A stretch of DNA of 64,000 nucleotides from Candidatus Omnitrophota bacterium. Its GTDB lineage: Bacteria; Omnitrophota; Gorgyraeia; Gygaellales; Profunditerraquicolaceae. Every line of letters starts with the position of its first letter. Position 1 is the first letter of the stretch. The stretch is from contig JACQXK010000071.1 of the NCBI GenBank assembly GCA_016208765.1, forward strand, positions 22,429-86,428, in the 5' to 3' direction. The position numbers and the translations under genes were made by a program. The notes below the pieces were generated by a model. It worked only from the letters and a program-made list of their open reading frames with translations, made no database searches and was not told the origin of the DNA. Below, piece by piece: positions 28,134-37,654 of the stretch.

Positions 28134-28625
28134 TCAACTATTTAATAACGGGCGGGATCCCGCACCATGAGAAAGACGCTTACGGGAAAAGAATTCCTTT
28201 AGCAAAGAGCTGCACTCATCTTTTAACACACCGCCTGAAACCTTTACACGGTGGTTAAGTTTTTTGTGATTTGCAATATTTACCACTGACCCGCAGGCGC
28301 CGGTCTTGGGGTCTTTTGCGCCATAAATAATATCTTTTACCCTTGCTAACACAAGAGCGCCAGCGCACATGCTACATGGTTCAATAGTAACATACAAAGA
28401 TGCCCCATTCAACCACTTGCAATCCAAATAATTAGCTGCAGAAGTCAAGGCCAGCATCTCAGCGTGTGCAGTCGGATCTTTAAGCCGCTCTACCTGATTA
28501 TGCCCGCGGGCAATAATCCTCCCTTCATGCACAACCACAGCCCCTACCGGCACTTCATCTTCTTCAAATGCCTTTTGCGCCTCTTTAAGCGCTTCGGACA
28601 TATATAATTGATGTTTCTTTAACAC
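28134..28625 (-). CDS. tadA: tRNA-specific adenosine deaminase
   Basis: CDA-fold zinc motifs HAEMLAL and PCSMCAGAL. Confidence 0.9.
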   Translation of the reverse strand: MLKKHQLYMSEALKEAQKAFEEDEVPVGAVVVHEGRIIARGHNQVERLKDPTAHAEMLALTSAANYLDCKWLNGASLYVTIEPCSMCAGALVLARVKDIIYGAKDPKTGACGSVVNIANHKKLNHRVKVSGGVLKDECSSLLKEFFSRKRLSHGAGSRPLLNS

Positions 28626-28653
28626 AATGCAGGCCTATTTTATTTGAAATTAA

Positions 28654-28727
28654 TGCGCCCAGCAGGAATCGAACCTGCAACAACCAGCTCCGTAGGCTGA
28701 TGCTCTATCCAATTGAGCTATGGGCGC
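28654..28727 (-). tRNA. tRNA-Arg(ACG)
   Basis: Minus-strand GCGCCCATAGCTCAATTGGATAGAGCATCAGCCTACGGAGCTGGTTGTTGCAGGTTCGATTCCTGCTGGGCGCA; anticodon loop ctACGga. Confidence 0.85.
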
Positions 28728-28804
28728 AATGATCCTTTACACAAGAGTAATAATTTTACCACAACCAGGCATGAAATAAAACTTAAATTTCTCCCTGTGA
28801 CCGG

Positions 28805-29191
28805 CTACTGTTCAGGAGAAGCTGTTTTGTCCTTATCTTTAACTAAAACAATCAACTTAGCCACACGAACACCAATGCTATTAGTTATAAAGTAAATCTT
28901 AACTTTATTATTCTGTTTTATTTCATCTATGCTGATTTGCTTATTATCTTTGCCAATTATATTCGCTCCATAATCAATCAGAAACCTGATCCTATTCCCG
29001 TTATCATCTAAAATATAAATTTCCGCCCTCAGACCCTTCCCGGTATTCCGCGGTTTCACATAGTCAACAACACCTGCATAAAAAGGAAGCGCCAGAGACG
29101 GCTCAGAACCTGAATTGTCTTGCCCTAAAACATGCTGTGTAAATAATAATCCTGCACAAAATAACATAACCAATAGCTTAATATTCTTCAT
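28805..29191 (-). CDS. hypothetical secreted protein
   Basis: Signal peptide MKNIKLLVMLFCAGLLFTQHVLG. Confidence 0.4.
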   Translation of the reverse strand: MKNIKLLVMLFCAGLLFTQHVLGQDNSGSEPSLALPFYAGVVDYVKPRNTGKGLRAEIYILDDNGNRIRFLIDYGANIIGKDNKQISIDEIKQNNKVKIYFITNSIGVRVAKLIVLVKDKDKTASPEQ

Positions 29192-29319
29192 AATATTCTC
29201 CCTCCCGCTAAATCAATTGTTTTAAGTTATTATACAATTGTTTACAGAAAATTGAAATGGTTTACAAAGGCCTCACAGATAATCACTGCTCTTCGCTCAT
29301 CCTTTGAGAAAAACCACTC

Positions 29320-29811
29320 TTAGGCACTAAAAACATCCTTGATCAATTTGGCAAGTAGTTGCGCAGATTTTTTTATTTCCTGCGATGGTTTTAGGCCAAA
29401 GGCAACGGTCTTAGGCTGAATACACAAAAGAATAACCTTGCAACCAAGGCAAGCCGTAAGATAATCTGCCATCACTTTTAGCGACATGCGGTGTGTGCCA
29501 AGATTTGTTCCGTGGATATTATCCAAATCCACAACCTCAGCATAGCCTGCTTTCTTACCAAGGTCGGCGGAATCAATAATTAAAACGTGTGTAGGGCAAA
29601 ACTGTTTAATTTCTCCGGTGAGATTTTCCGGGCTGGTGGAGCCAAAAATACTTTTAAAGCAAGGATTGTTTTTAAAAAGACGGGATAAATTTCCTGTTAC
29701 AATTAACCCTGCTGCATCATCTGCGCGCAAGTCTGAACCAACTCCCAAGAAAACTGTTTTCTTCGCGCTACGAAGATGTTTTTTTAGCGTCGCTTTTAGT
29801 TTCTGCACCAA
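29320..29811 (-). CDS. hycI: [NiFe] hydrogenase maturation endopeptidase (HycI/HyaD family)
   Basis: VFLGVGSDLRADDAAGL … HVLIIDSAD pattern of hydrogenase maturation proteases; overlaps upstream Fe-S subunit gene by ~44 nt. Confidence 0.75.
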   Translation of the reverse strand: MVQKLKATLKKHLRSAKKTVFLGVGSDLRADDAAGLIVTGNLSRLFKNNPCFKSIFGSTSPENLTGEIKQFCPTHVLIIDSADLGKKAGYAEVVDLDNIHGTNLGTHRMSLKVMADYLTACLGCKVILLCIQPKTVAFGLKPSQEIKKSAQLLAKLIKDVFSA

Positions 29812-30151
29812 AAACCACCTTTAACTTCTGCGGATCAAGCTGAGCCAATTCCACTTCTTTTGTATATTCCAGCGCTTTCTTTAAACAGGAATCCACGCAC
29901 TGCGCGCAATAAATACATTTACCCAAATCTATCGCTGCTTCAAACTGCTTCTCACCTACCTGATTTATAGTAATGGCATTTGTCGGACAGTCTTTCATGC
30001 AAAGCTTGCACCCGATGCATTTTTCAGGATGGAATTTAAGCTTGCCGCGATAATGCTCAGGAAGCTCTAATTTTTCTTTCGGGTACATTATTGTAACCGG
30101 CTTTTTCATCCCTGTGCGCAAAACCTCTCTTAACATCTTTCCCGGCCTCAT
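29768..30151 (-). CDS. 2x[4Fe-4S] ferredoxin-like subunit (NuoI/HycF/MbhN-like)
   Basis: CIGCKLCMKDCP and CIYCAQCVDSC motifs. Confidence 0.8.
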   Translation of the reverse strand: MRPGKMLREVLRTGMKKPVTIMYPKEKLELPEHYRGKLKFHPEKCIGCKLCMKDCPTNAITINQVGEKQFEAAIDLGKCIYCAQCVDSCLKKALEYTKEVELAQLDPQKLKVVFGAETKSDAKKTSS

Positions 30152-31089
30152 TTAATCATCACTCCTTTAACCGCCAAGTTTAATAAAAGCTGCATCATGG
30201 CAAGCGGCACCAGGTATTTCCAGCAAAAATTAATCATCTGGTCAATCCTCAGGCGAGCTACAATTGTGCGCGCCAAAGAAATCAAGAAAATAATAGATAG
30301 CAGTTTAACCAAGAATATTACAAAATCCAGAAAAGAATTATATGTCAAAGCAAACGGCAGAAACACCGCCGACAACAATGCAGCGCCCACAATCATTTCA
30401 ATATTTAATGTCAGCTTTAAAAACGCCAAAAGTTTACCGCTATATTCGGTAAAACCTCCGGCGACAATCTCGGTTTCTGCCTCCGGGATATCAAAAGGCG
30501 TCTTCTCTAATTTTCCCAATAGGGCAATCAACGAAATTACAAATCCTCCTAAATTCATCAACCACAACCAAGGGTGTATTACGTAAAATTCCGCGATCTT
30601 TGTCAGGCTCCATGTATTGGCAAGAAGCGCCGAGGAAAGGATCCCCATAAAAAGCGGAACCTCATAAGCAAATAACTGCGTAAGCGAGCGCACTGTCCCG
30701 ATACGCGCATACAAAGATGTTGAATACCAGCCGCCTATAAAAAATGACAGTGTGGGAATTGTTAAAAGATACAACACAACTAAAATATCACCGTTAAATG
30801 AATACAATGCCTCCGGCGTCCAGAGCGGAATATAGAAAAATGCAGTTACCACTGAAGCTGCTGCAAACAAAGGCGCCATTTTAAACATTGTAGGATTAGC
30901 CTCTGAAGGAATAATCTCCTGCTTGCCCAATAATTTTATAAAATCTGCCACCGGCTGAAACCACGGAGGGCCGACCCTGTTCTGCAAACGTGCATAGATC
31001 TTACGATCAATAAATTCTCCCAAAAAAGAAAGCACCGCTAGAAATAAAAATCCCGGGAAAATCATCATTGAAAATATCGCGCTAAACAT
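30148..31089 (-). CDS. NuoH/HycD/MbhM-like integral membrane subunit
   Basis: 313 aa, 8 TM, complex-I subunit-1 family pattern. Confidence 0.8.
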   Translation of the reverse strand: MFSAIFSMMIFPGFLFLAVLSFLGEFIDRKIYARLQNRVGPPWFQPVADFIKLLGKQEIIPSEANPTMFKMAPLFAAASVVTAFFYIPLWTPEALYSFNGDILVVLYLLTIPTLSFFIGGWYSTSLYARIGTVRSLTQLFAYEVPLFMGILSSALLANTWSLTKIAEFYVIHPWLWLMNLGGFVISLIALLGKLEKTPFDIPEAETEIVAGGFTEYSGKLLAFLKLTLNIEMIVGAALLSAVFLPFALTYNSFLDFVIFLVKLLSIIFLISLARTIVARLRIDQMINFCWKYLVPLAMMQLLLNLAVKGVMIK

Positions 31090-32330
31090 TAATACTTACT
31101 CAACCTTTCTTGCAACTTCTTATTAAGCTTTCCAAAATCAACCCCACGCTTGCTGTGCCATTTAATGCTATAATCATGCAAAGCCTGCCAGGTCATTAAA
31201 TTCTCCTGCCCCCTGTTGTCCTGCTCTAAAGACACCAACCTGTCAGTGCAGGAAAAACACGGGTCAATTGCCGCGATCACAATCGGCATATCTGCCAAAA
31301 ATCTATCCTTTAACATATGCTTTACCGCCTGAACATTTGCCAATGTAGGCGCGCGCACTTTCACTCTTTCTGGTCTCTCTGTTCCGTTAGACTTAACATA
31401 ATGCACATCTTCTCCTCGCGGAGCCTCATAACGGCTAAGCGCCTCACCAACAGGGATCTTGCGAGGAGCCCTGACTGTAATTGGCCCATCAGGCAAATTC
31501 TTCAGGCACTGACGCACAATTTTATAAGCCTCCATCAATTCCTTGAGCCGCACTATTGTCCTTGCGTAAACATCAGCACCGGTATCTGTAATCACATCAA
31601 ATGAAATTTCTCCGTAAGAAGCATAAGGATCATCCTTACGCACATCCCTTTTTACTCCGGAGGCGCGCGCAGTCGGGCCAACCGCGTCAAAATGCAAAGC
31701 ATCATCATATGACAAAACGCCTACTCCCGACAAACGTTTAATAAGCGTAGTTTCTCCAAGCCCAAGTTCAATATAATATTTGGTCCTCTCTTCTAACAAA
31801 TCCATGGCCTTAAGTGTTTCCTGGATCTGAATAGAAGAAATATCTCGCCTGACTCCTCCGATGGTATTTATCCCATAATTAACCCGGTTTCCGGTAAGCT
31901 CTGCAAGAATATCCATAACAATTTCCCGGTCGCGCCAGGTATACATAAGTAAAGTATCAAATCCAATTTCATGCCCGGCAACTCCTAACCATAAAAGATG
32001 GCTGTGAATACGCTCAAGTTCAGCTACAAGCGTGCGAATATATAAAGCGCGCCTGGGAACAGCTAAACCCGCAATCTCTTCTACCGCCTGCACAAAACAA
32101 GTAGAGTGGGAATGCGAGCAAATCCCGCAGACTCGCTCAATCAAATACATATCCTGAATATATGTCCGCTCTTCGCAGGCTTTTTCAATACCACGATGGT
32201 TATATCCTAGCCTGATTTCCACACCTAAAATCTTCTCGCCACGCAGGGCCACGCTAAAACTTTCAGGCTCTTTTAATGCCGGATGCTGCGGCCCAATGGG
32301 TATTTTAAATTCTTCTGATGAATTATGCAT
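31089..32330 (-). CDS. group 4 [NiFe] hydrogenase large subunit (NuoD/MbhL/EchE-like)
   Basis: N-terminal RVCGICSHSH and C-terminal DPCFSCTDR Ni-Fe ligand motifs; probable start MHNSSEEF (ATG 32330), 4 nt after the NuoC-like stop. Confidence 0.8.
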   Translation of the reverse strand: MHNSSEEFKIPIGPQHPALKEPESFSVALRGEKILGVEIRLGYNHRGIEKACEERTYIQDMYLIERVCGICSHSHSTCFVQAVEEIAGLAVPRRALYIRTLVAELERIHSHLLWLGVAGHEIGFDTLLMYTWRDREIVMDILAELTGNRVNYGINTIGGVRRDISSIQIQETLKAMDLLEERTKYYIELGLGETTLIKRLSGVGVLSYDDALHFDAVGPTARASGVKRDVRKDDPYASYGEISFDVITDTGADVYARTIVRLKELMEAYKIVRQCLKNLPDGPITVRAPRKIPVGEALSRYEAPRGEDVHYVKSNGTERPERVKVRAPTLANVQAVKHMLKDRFLADMPIVIAAIDPCFSCTDRLVSLEQDNRGQENLMTWQALHDYSIKWHSKRGVDFGKLNKKLQERLSKY

Positions 32331-32793
32331 TTTCACCTGCTTTCTTATCAAGCATCTCCTGTTTCCAATCCTTACGTAAAGGAAATTGTCCAACCGGCCA
32401 GTCATCAGTTAATGGATAACGGTTCCCTTGAGGCAAACCTTCAACTTTAGCCCCAAATAAATCCACCAATTCTCTCTCATAAATCTCAGCTCCTGCAAAA
32501 TAAGGAATGATGCTTTTAATCACCGGATTTTCCTTAGGAACACTGACTTTTATATTTATCAGAATTCCGCCTTCTTTGGTCAAATGATAAATAAAACTTA
32601 AATTTTCCCCCTCATCCAGCCCTGTAATAGTGCATAAGTGCGTAAAATTAAAATGCTTCATTAAATAATCCAAGACATTTGTAAATTTATCAAGCCCCAC
32701 TCTCAGAAAGATCCTTCTTTCCCGCGGCTGGGTTATATTTCCTTCAAGAAAATTAAATTCTTTAACCAAATTCTGCATAATATTCTGTTCCAT
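32323..32793 (-). CDS. NuoC/MbhK-like 30-kDa-type subunit
   Basis: 156 aa with NuoC fold motifs (…GAEIYERELVDLFG…). Confidence 0.7.
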   Translation of the reverse strand: MEQNIMQNLVKEFNFLEGNITQPRERRIFLRVGLDKFTNVLDYLMKHFNFTHLCTITGLDEGENLSFIYHLTKEGGILINIKVSVPKENPVIKSIIPYFAGAEIYERELVDLFGAKVEGLPQGNRYPLTDDWPVGQFPLRKDWKQEMLDKKAGENA

Positions 32794-32795
32794 AT

Positions 32796-33239
32796 TTATT
32801 TACCTTCTTTCTGCTCAAGGCTCTGCAGCAATTTTACCACCCCGTCCATAATTGCCTTGGGGCTTGCCGGGCAACCCGGGATATAAGCAGACACCGGGAT
32901 AACCGCATTGATCCCGCCCTTAACATTATAGCAACCCTTAAAAACTCCTCCGGTGCACGAGCAAGTGCCTACTGCCACTACAAACTTCGGCTCAGACATC
33001 TGCTCATAAATACGCACCAATCTATCCTCTATCTGCCGCGTTACAGGCCCTGAACAAAGCAGAATATCAGCATGCCGGGGAGTAGCTTTTAACAATACCC
33101 CAAAGCGCTCCAAGTCATAACGCGGGGTAAGGGAAGCAATAATTTCTATGTCGCAGGCATTGCAGGCTCCGGTATTAAAATGTAACACCCACGGAGATTT
33201 TAAACGCGACCAGTTAATGATTTTCTGCACTACACCCAT
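32796..33239 (-). CDS. hydrogenase small subunit (NuoB/MbhJ-like, [4Fe-4S])
   Basis: Cys ligands in CNACDIE … GTCSCTGG … PGCP. Confidence 0.85.
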   Translation of the reverse strand: MGVVQKIINWSRLKSPWVLHFNTGACNACDIEIIASLTPRYDLERFGVLLKATPRHADILLCSGPVTRQIEDRLVRIYEQMSEPKFVVAVGTCSCTGGVFKGCYNVKGGINAVIPVSAYIPGCPASPKAIMDGVVKLLQSLEQKEGK

Positions 33240-33241
33240 AT

Positions 33242-33580
33242 TTAATTCTGCCTCCTCAACAAAATATACAACCCGATTACTGCTCCTAAGATATAAAAAG
33301 CTGCCATGGCAAAAGTAGCTACGGTCTCCATGGGAATTGTTGTAATAATCAATGTTGCCACATGTGCTAACGTGAAAAAGAATGCATACGGAAAGAAATT
33401 GGTGTAATCCGGCTGAGCAAGAGGATTATAACCTTCTTCCCCGCAGGCATACGGCTCCCCTGCCCCCGAGGCTACCTTCTCCTTTTTAAAAGCAAGTTTT
33501 GCAAAAAGAAACGAAAGCAGCCAAAAAAATGCCAGCACAATTAGGAACGCTACCGGCGGGCTGAGTAAAATCTTATTCAT
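33242..33580 (-). CDS. small membrane subunit of hydrogenase/Mrp module (MbhI/NuoA-like?)
   Basis: 112 aa, 3 TM, in-operon position. Confidence 0.4.
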   Translation of the reverse strand: MNKILLSPPVAFLIVLAFFWLLSFLFAKLAFKKEKVASGAGEPYACGEEGYNPLAQPDYTNFFPYAFFFTLAHVATLIITTIPMETVATFAMAAFYILGAVIGLYILLRRQN

Positions 33581-33583
33581 AAA

Positions 33584-33904
33584 TTAACCTTTCAGGCTCC
33601 TGATTTTCCTGACATCCAAAGACTTATTCTGTTTGTGGATCCCTAAAACAATACCAACAGCAATAGTCATTACCACTGCCTCAATAACAATCATAGTAAT
33701 AACAAGGCTCTGGGTCAGAGCAGTGTGCCCGCTTAAATAGCCTGCAACAATGATTAACAAAGTTACCGCCTTAATCAAAATCTCAACTCCGATCAAAGCG
33801 CGAATCAAATTAAAGGTAACTAAAATACAATATAACCCGATAATAAAAAGCATAATAATAAAAATTCCGAAAATCCAGAATAAATAAACTGCGGAAGCGC
33901 TCAT
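33584..33904 (-). CDS. MnhC/NuoK-like small membrane subunit
   Basis: 106 aa, 3 TM, NuoK/MrpC-like pattern. Confidence 0.55.
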   Translation of the reverse strand: MSASAVYLFWIFGIFIIMLFIIGLYCILVTFNLIRALIGVEILIKAVTLLIIVAGYLSGHTALTQSLVITMIVIEAVVMTIAVGIVLGIHKQNKSLDVRKIRSLKG

Positions 33905-34389
33905 TTTCTTAGTCTCTCCCTGAATAATATTACCACTCCAAAAACCCCGGTAATAAGAATAATGATCTGGCCCAGCAAATCAAGCTGCCTGAGGTTCCAT
34001 AAAACTGCACGCACGTCTTTTTCAACCTCAGGCGCAGGAAGCTTAAGGTTAAACTTAAACTGAATAAAACTTAAAATTAATCCTATGGCAACCACTAAAA
34101 ACGGCAGAAACCAAAACCTGCCAAGGCGCTCTTTCATGTGTGCAAGCACCTCTTCTTTAGTTAAAGGCTGTGTAAGGCTGATAGTGCTGACAAATAGAAC
34201 CGAGATTAACCCGGCGCACACTGACAATTCAAACACGGCAGCCAAAGGCGAATTAAGCCTGAACATAATAATGGTCAATATTGCGCTTGTTGCAGCCAAG
34301 CCGATTGCCGCGCGGATTAAACTACGCGTCATTACCGTCCATAAAGCCGCCAGCACCAAAGCTACCAAAACAATATAATTTAAATGCAC
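33901..34389 (-). CDS. MnhB-like membrane subunit
   Basis: 162 aa, 4 TM, MrpB/MbhE-like. Confidence 0.55.
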   Translation of the reverse strand: MHLNYIVLVALVLAALWTVMTRSLIRAAIGLAATSAILTIIMFRLNSPLAAVFELSVCAGLISVLFVSTISLTQPLTKEEVLAHMKERLGRFWFLPFLVVAIGLILSFIQFKFNLKLPAPEVEKDVRAVLWNLRQLDLLGQIIILITGVFGVVILFRERLRK

Positions 34390-34390
34390 C

Positions 34391-35812
34391 TTAACCCCCT
34401 AAAGGCAAAATAAACCTGTTTAATATTACCGGGAAGAATATCCCTACACCTACGGTGATTGCCGCAAGAATGATCTCCGGAACAACTATCCCAAGGCCAG
34501 CCTCTTTTATATTGATAAACTCTTCACTGATCTTGCCAAAGAAAACTTTTCTTTGCATAACAAGAAAATAACCTAAAGTAATAATACTTGCCAGCACCGC
34601 AACAGCAGCATAAACAAAATGTCCGGTTGATAAAAGCGCGATAACAATTAAAAGCTTGCTCCAGAATCCAGCCAAAGGCGGAATACCTGCGCAGGATAAA
34701 CTTCCTAATACAGAGGTCAGCCCGGTTACCGGCATTCTCTGGCTCAAACCGCAAACCCTATCCATATCACGCGTTCCGGTTTGCTGCTCAACTGCCGCAG
34801 CATTAACAAATAAAAGCGACTTAAATATTGCATGGTTAAATAAATGAAAACAGGCCGCAGCAACACCAAGCGAGGTGCCGCTTCCCAATGCCAAAATAAT
34901 ATAACCGACTTGGCTTATACTTGAATACGAAAGCATCCTTTTAAAATCACTTTGTGTAATAGCAGCGATCGCCCCGGCAACAATAGTAATTGCCCCCAAT
35001 AAAAGAAACACTGCGCAGATAGATTTGTGCATCCCAAACACTGAGACAGCAACCCTGATCAAAGCATAAACTCCGACTGCCTTAGTAACAATACCGGCTA
35101 AATAAACAGAAACAGGGCTTGGGGCCTCAGAATAAGCATCCGGAAGCCACCAGTGAAAAGGCACAACTCCTGCCTTAATAAATAAACCCACCAGGAAAAG
35201 CCCGACGGCTAAAACAATAGACGGGCTAAATGCCTGCGCAGTAAGGCTTGCGTTAATCTGAGAAAAGTCCGTTGAGCCGGAGGTAATTAAAAGCAAGGCT
35301 GTGCCGCAGAGTAAAAATATACTGGCTACTGCCGAAAAAATAATATATTTAAATGCGCCTTCGTAAGCAAGAATATTCGTTTTAAAAGCGATCAGAATAA
35401 ATGAAATCACAGCTGCGATTTCCAAGAAAACATACAAAGAAAAAATATCCCGCACCAGCACTATGCCATTTAACGCTGATAGAGAAATCAATATCAGGCT
35501 TGCAAAATCAAATCTTTCTTTTCTCTCCTTTATTAAGGCTCTTCCGATAACAGCCGTAACAAAAGATACTATTCCAATACACAAAAGCATTAAAATTGCC
35601 AATTTATCCGCAACCAGATTAAATTTAAAAAATGTGCCGATGATGCCAAACTTGGTCTGCCAAAAATGACAATCAAAACACAGGACCATCAAGACCTGCA
35701 GCAAAGATAAAACAATTGCCGCCACAGGAGCAAGGCTGCGCATTACTTTTCTAATCGGCAGATTTAAAATAATCACACAGCAAAAAGGCACTAAAATTAA
35801 TAAATGGCTCAC
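34391..35812 (-). CDS. NuoN/MrpD-like proton-translocating antiporter-type subunit
   Basis: 473 aa, ~14 TM, antiporter-like core (FHLxNHAxFK). Confidence 0.75.
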   Translation of the reverse strand: MSHLLILVPFCCVIILNLPIRKVMRSLAPVAAIVLSLLQVLMVLCFDCHFWQTKFGIIGTFFKFNLVADKLAILMLLCIGIVSFVTAVIGRALIKERKERFDFASLILISLSALNGIVLVRDIFSLYVFLEIAAVISFILIAFKTNILAYEGAFKYIIFSAVASIFLLCGTALLLITSGSTDFSQINASLTAQAFSPSIVLAVGLFLVGLFIKAGVVPFHWWLPDAYSEAPSPVSVYLAGIVTKAVGVYALIRVAVSVFGMHKSICAVFLLLGAITIVAGAIAAITQSDFKRMLSYSSISQVGYIILALGSGTSLGVAAACFHLFNHAIFKSLLFVNAAAVEQQTGTRDMDRVCGLSQRMPVTGLTSVLGSLSCAGIPPLAGFWSKLLIVIALLSTGHFVYAAVAVLASIITLGYFLVMQRKVFFGKISEEFINIKEAGLGIVVPEIILAAITVGVGIFFPVILNRFILPLGG

Positions 35813-35821
35813 AACACTCTC

Positions 35822-37654
35822 CTATAATCCGGCAAAAAACAGCAAAAACACCAATGCTGCCGAAACAATTGACAAACCCAAATACAGCGAATAATTCCCG
35901 TTCTGCAAATTTCTAATCTGCATACTCAGCGCGTAAACAGTTTTAACGCTGAATTTCTCATAAACCCAATCTACCCCCCGGTCAATCTTCCAGCTAAGCG
36001 CTGAAACTAAATTAACAACTTTTAACCCGATTTCATAGGGATCAAAAAATCTCTTTTCTGCCTTGTTGTATATGCCCGATAAAATCGGAGCATAACGAAT
36101 ATAATCCAATGCTTTAAGGCCGCTGCCTTTCATTAATACGCCAAAAATATGGTTTACTATTGCAGCAACCAAAACAATAACACTTATAATTATCAATTTA
36201 ATATTACCCGGCATCCCCGCAAAATGATGCCCGTTTAATTTTGCTCCCAATATCGGCTCAATCAAATGCTTAAGAGGCAGGGAATTAAAAACACCGAAAA
36301 TAATACAACCTGCGGCAATTACAATCATCGGGACAAGCATGCCTAAGGGCGCCTCTTTAACTTGTTTGTTTTCCGAACTGGCTTTGCCAAAAAATGCGGC
36401 ATGCCCCAATTTTAAGAATGAAGCTGCGGTAAAAAATGAACCTGCGATCGCACAGAGATAAAACAGCAGCCCTCTTTCAAGCGCTGCGTCATACACAAGT
36501 TCCTTTGAGAAAAACCCATTGAACGGCCAAACGCCGGAAATAGAAGCAGCGGTAATAACAAAACAAATAAGAGTAACCGGCATCTTTATTCCCAAACCTC
36601 CGAGTTTTTCCAAATTAGTGGTTCCTGCCTGCTTTTCAACTGAGCCGCCAGTCAGGAAAAGGCAGCTCTTATACATTGCATGGTTAATCATATGAAATAA
36701 ACCGCCGATAATCCCCACAGGAATTGCCGTACCAATACCTAAGATCATATATCCAACCTGGCTAATCGCATGATACGACAAAAGCCGCTTGTAATCCTTT
36801 TGCACAAGCGCCATCATTACAGCAAGCAAAATAGTAATTACACCCACTGTCATAAGTAAAACACTCAGCCAAGATTCGTGTGTCAGCTGAAACATGTCCA
36901 AAGAAATACGCGCCAGAAAATAAATTCCCAAAAGCTTTTCTAATGCAGCAGGAATAAGCGCCATAAATGGAAGCGGGGCGTCAGTGGCTGCGTCAGGGAT
37001 CCAGGAATGAAAAGGCATGGATCCTGCCTTAGAGATCGCCCCTATCATTAAAAGGATAAAAGCTAAACTGGCGCCCAACCCAAGGGGAAGGTTAATCTTT
37101 GAAATTGTCAATGTCCCTGCAAGATGCGCAGTAAGCACAATTCCGATCATCATACACAAATCTGTAACTCCATTAATAACAAAGGCTTTAGTGGCAGTTT
37201 TAAAAGCATTTTTATTGCCAATGGCAATCATGCCAAAGAGCGACATTAACAAGCCTTCCCAGAAGAAAAGCAAAACCACCAGATTATCCGCTAAAACCGC
37301 TCCATTGATAAAAGCCAACGAGATTAAAAGATAAGCATAAAACTGGCCGAGATGTTCTTTAGCGCGCATAAAAAATAACGAATAAAGAGTAACCAAAAAT
37401 CCAAAACCAGCAGCAGCTAAAATAATAAATGCGCTAAAATGATACAACCGAAAAGAAACATCAATACCAAAACCAAGCCAGGGTAAATTAAAATTAAGGT
37501 TTTTCCCGAATAAAACAAACGCGATAAATAAATTAACTGCCGCGGCAATCAAACTTATGCCTTCAGTAAAAATCCGCTGTTTCCTGCCCAGGATACAAAG
37601 AATGCCCGCAAGAAAAGGCAATAATATAGGCAAGAATAATATTTTTATATTCAT
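35822..37654 (-). CDS. NuoL/MrpA-like antiporter-type subunit
   Basis: 610 aa with NuoL-type C-terminal extension; WxPDA motif (HSWIPDAATDAPLP). Confidence 0.75.
   Translation of the reverse strand: MNIKILFLPILLPFLAGILCILGRKQRIFTEGISLIAAAVNLFIAFVLFGKNLNFNLPWLGFGIDVSFRLYHFSAFIILAAAGFGFLVTLYSLFFMRAKEHLGQFYAYLLISLAFINGAVLADNLVVLLFFWEGLLMSLFGMIAIGNKNAFKTATKAFVINGVTDLCMMIGIVLTAHLAGTLTISKINLPLGLGASLAFILLMIGAISKAGSMPFHSWIPDAATDAPLPFMALIPAALEKLLGIYFLARISLDMFQLTHESWLSVLLMTVGVITILLAVMMALVQKDYKRLLSYHAISQVGYMILGIGTAIPVGIIGGLFHMINHAMYKSCLFLTGGSVEKQAGTTNLEKLGGLGIKMPVTLICFVITAASISGVWPFNGFFSKELVYDAALERGLLFYLCAIAGSFFTAASFLKLGHAAFFGKASSENKQVKEAPLGMLVPMIVIAAGCIIFGVFNSLPLKHLIEPILGAKLNGHHFAGMPGNIKLIIISVIVLVAAIVNHIFGVLMKGSGLKALDYIRYAPILSGIYNKAEKRFFDPYEIGLKVVNLVSALSWKIDRGVDWVYEKFSVKTVYALSMQIRNLQNGNYSLYLGLSIVSAALVFLLFFAGL

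Noticed and set aside
32331-32405. Upstream extension of hydrogenase large subunit overlapping the NuoC-like gene by 83 nt (possible fused NuoCD)
   Set aside because: An internal ATG at 32330 lies 4 nt after the NuoC-like stop and begins the conserved N-terminus. The two genes are in different frames, so a genuine fusion is unlikely without a frameshift.
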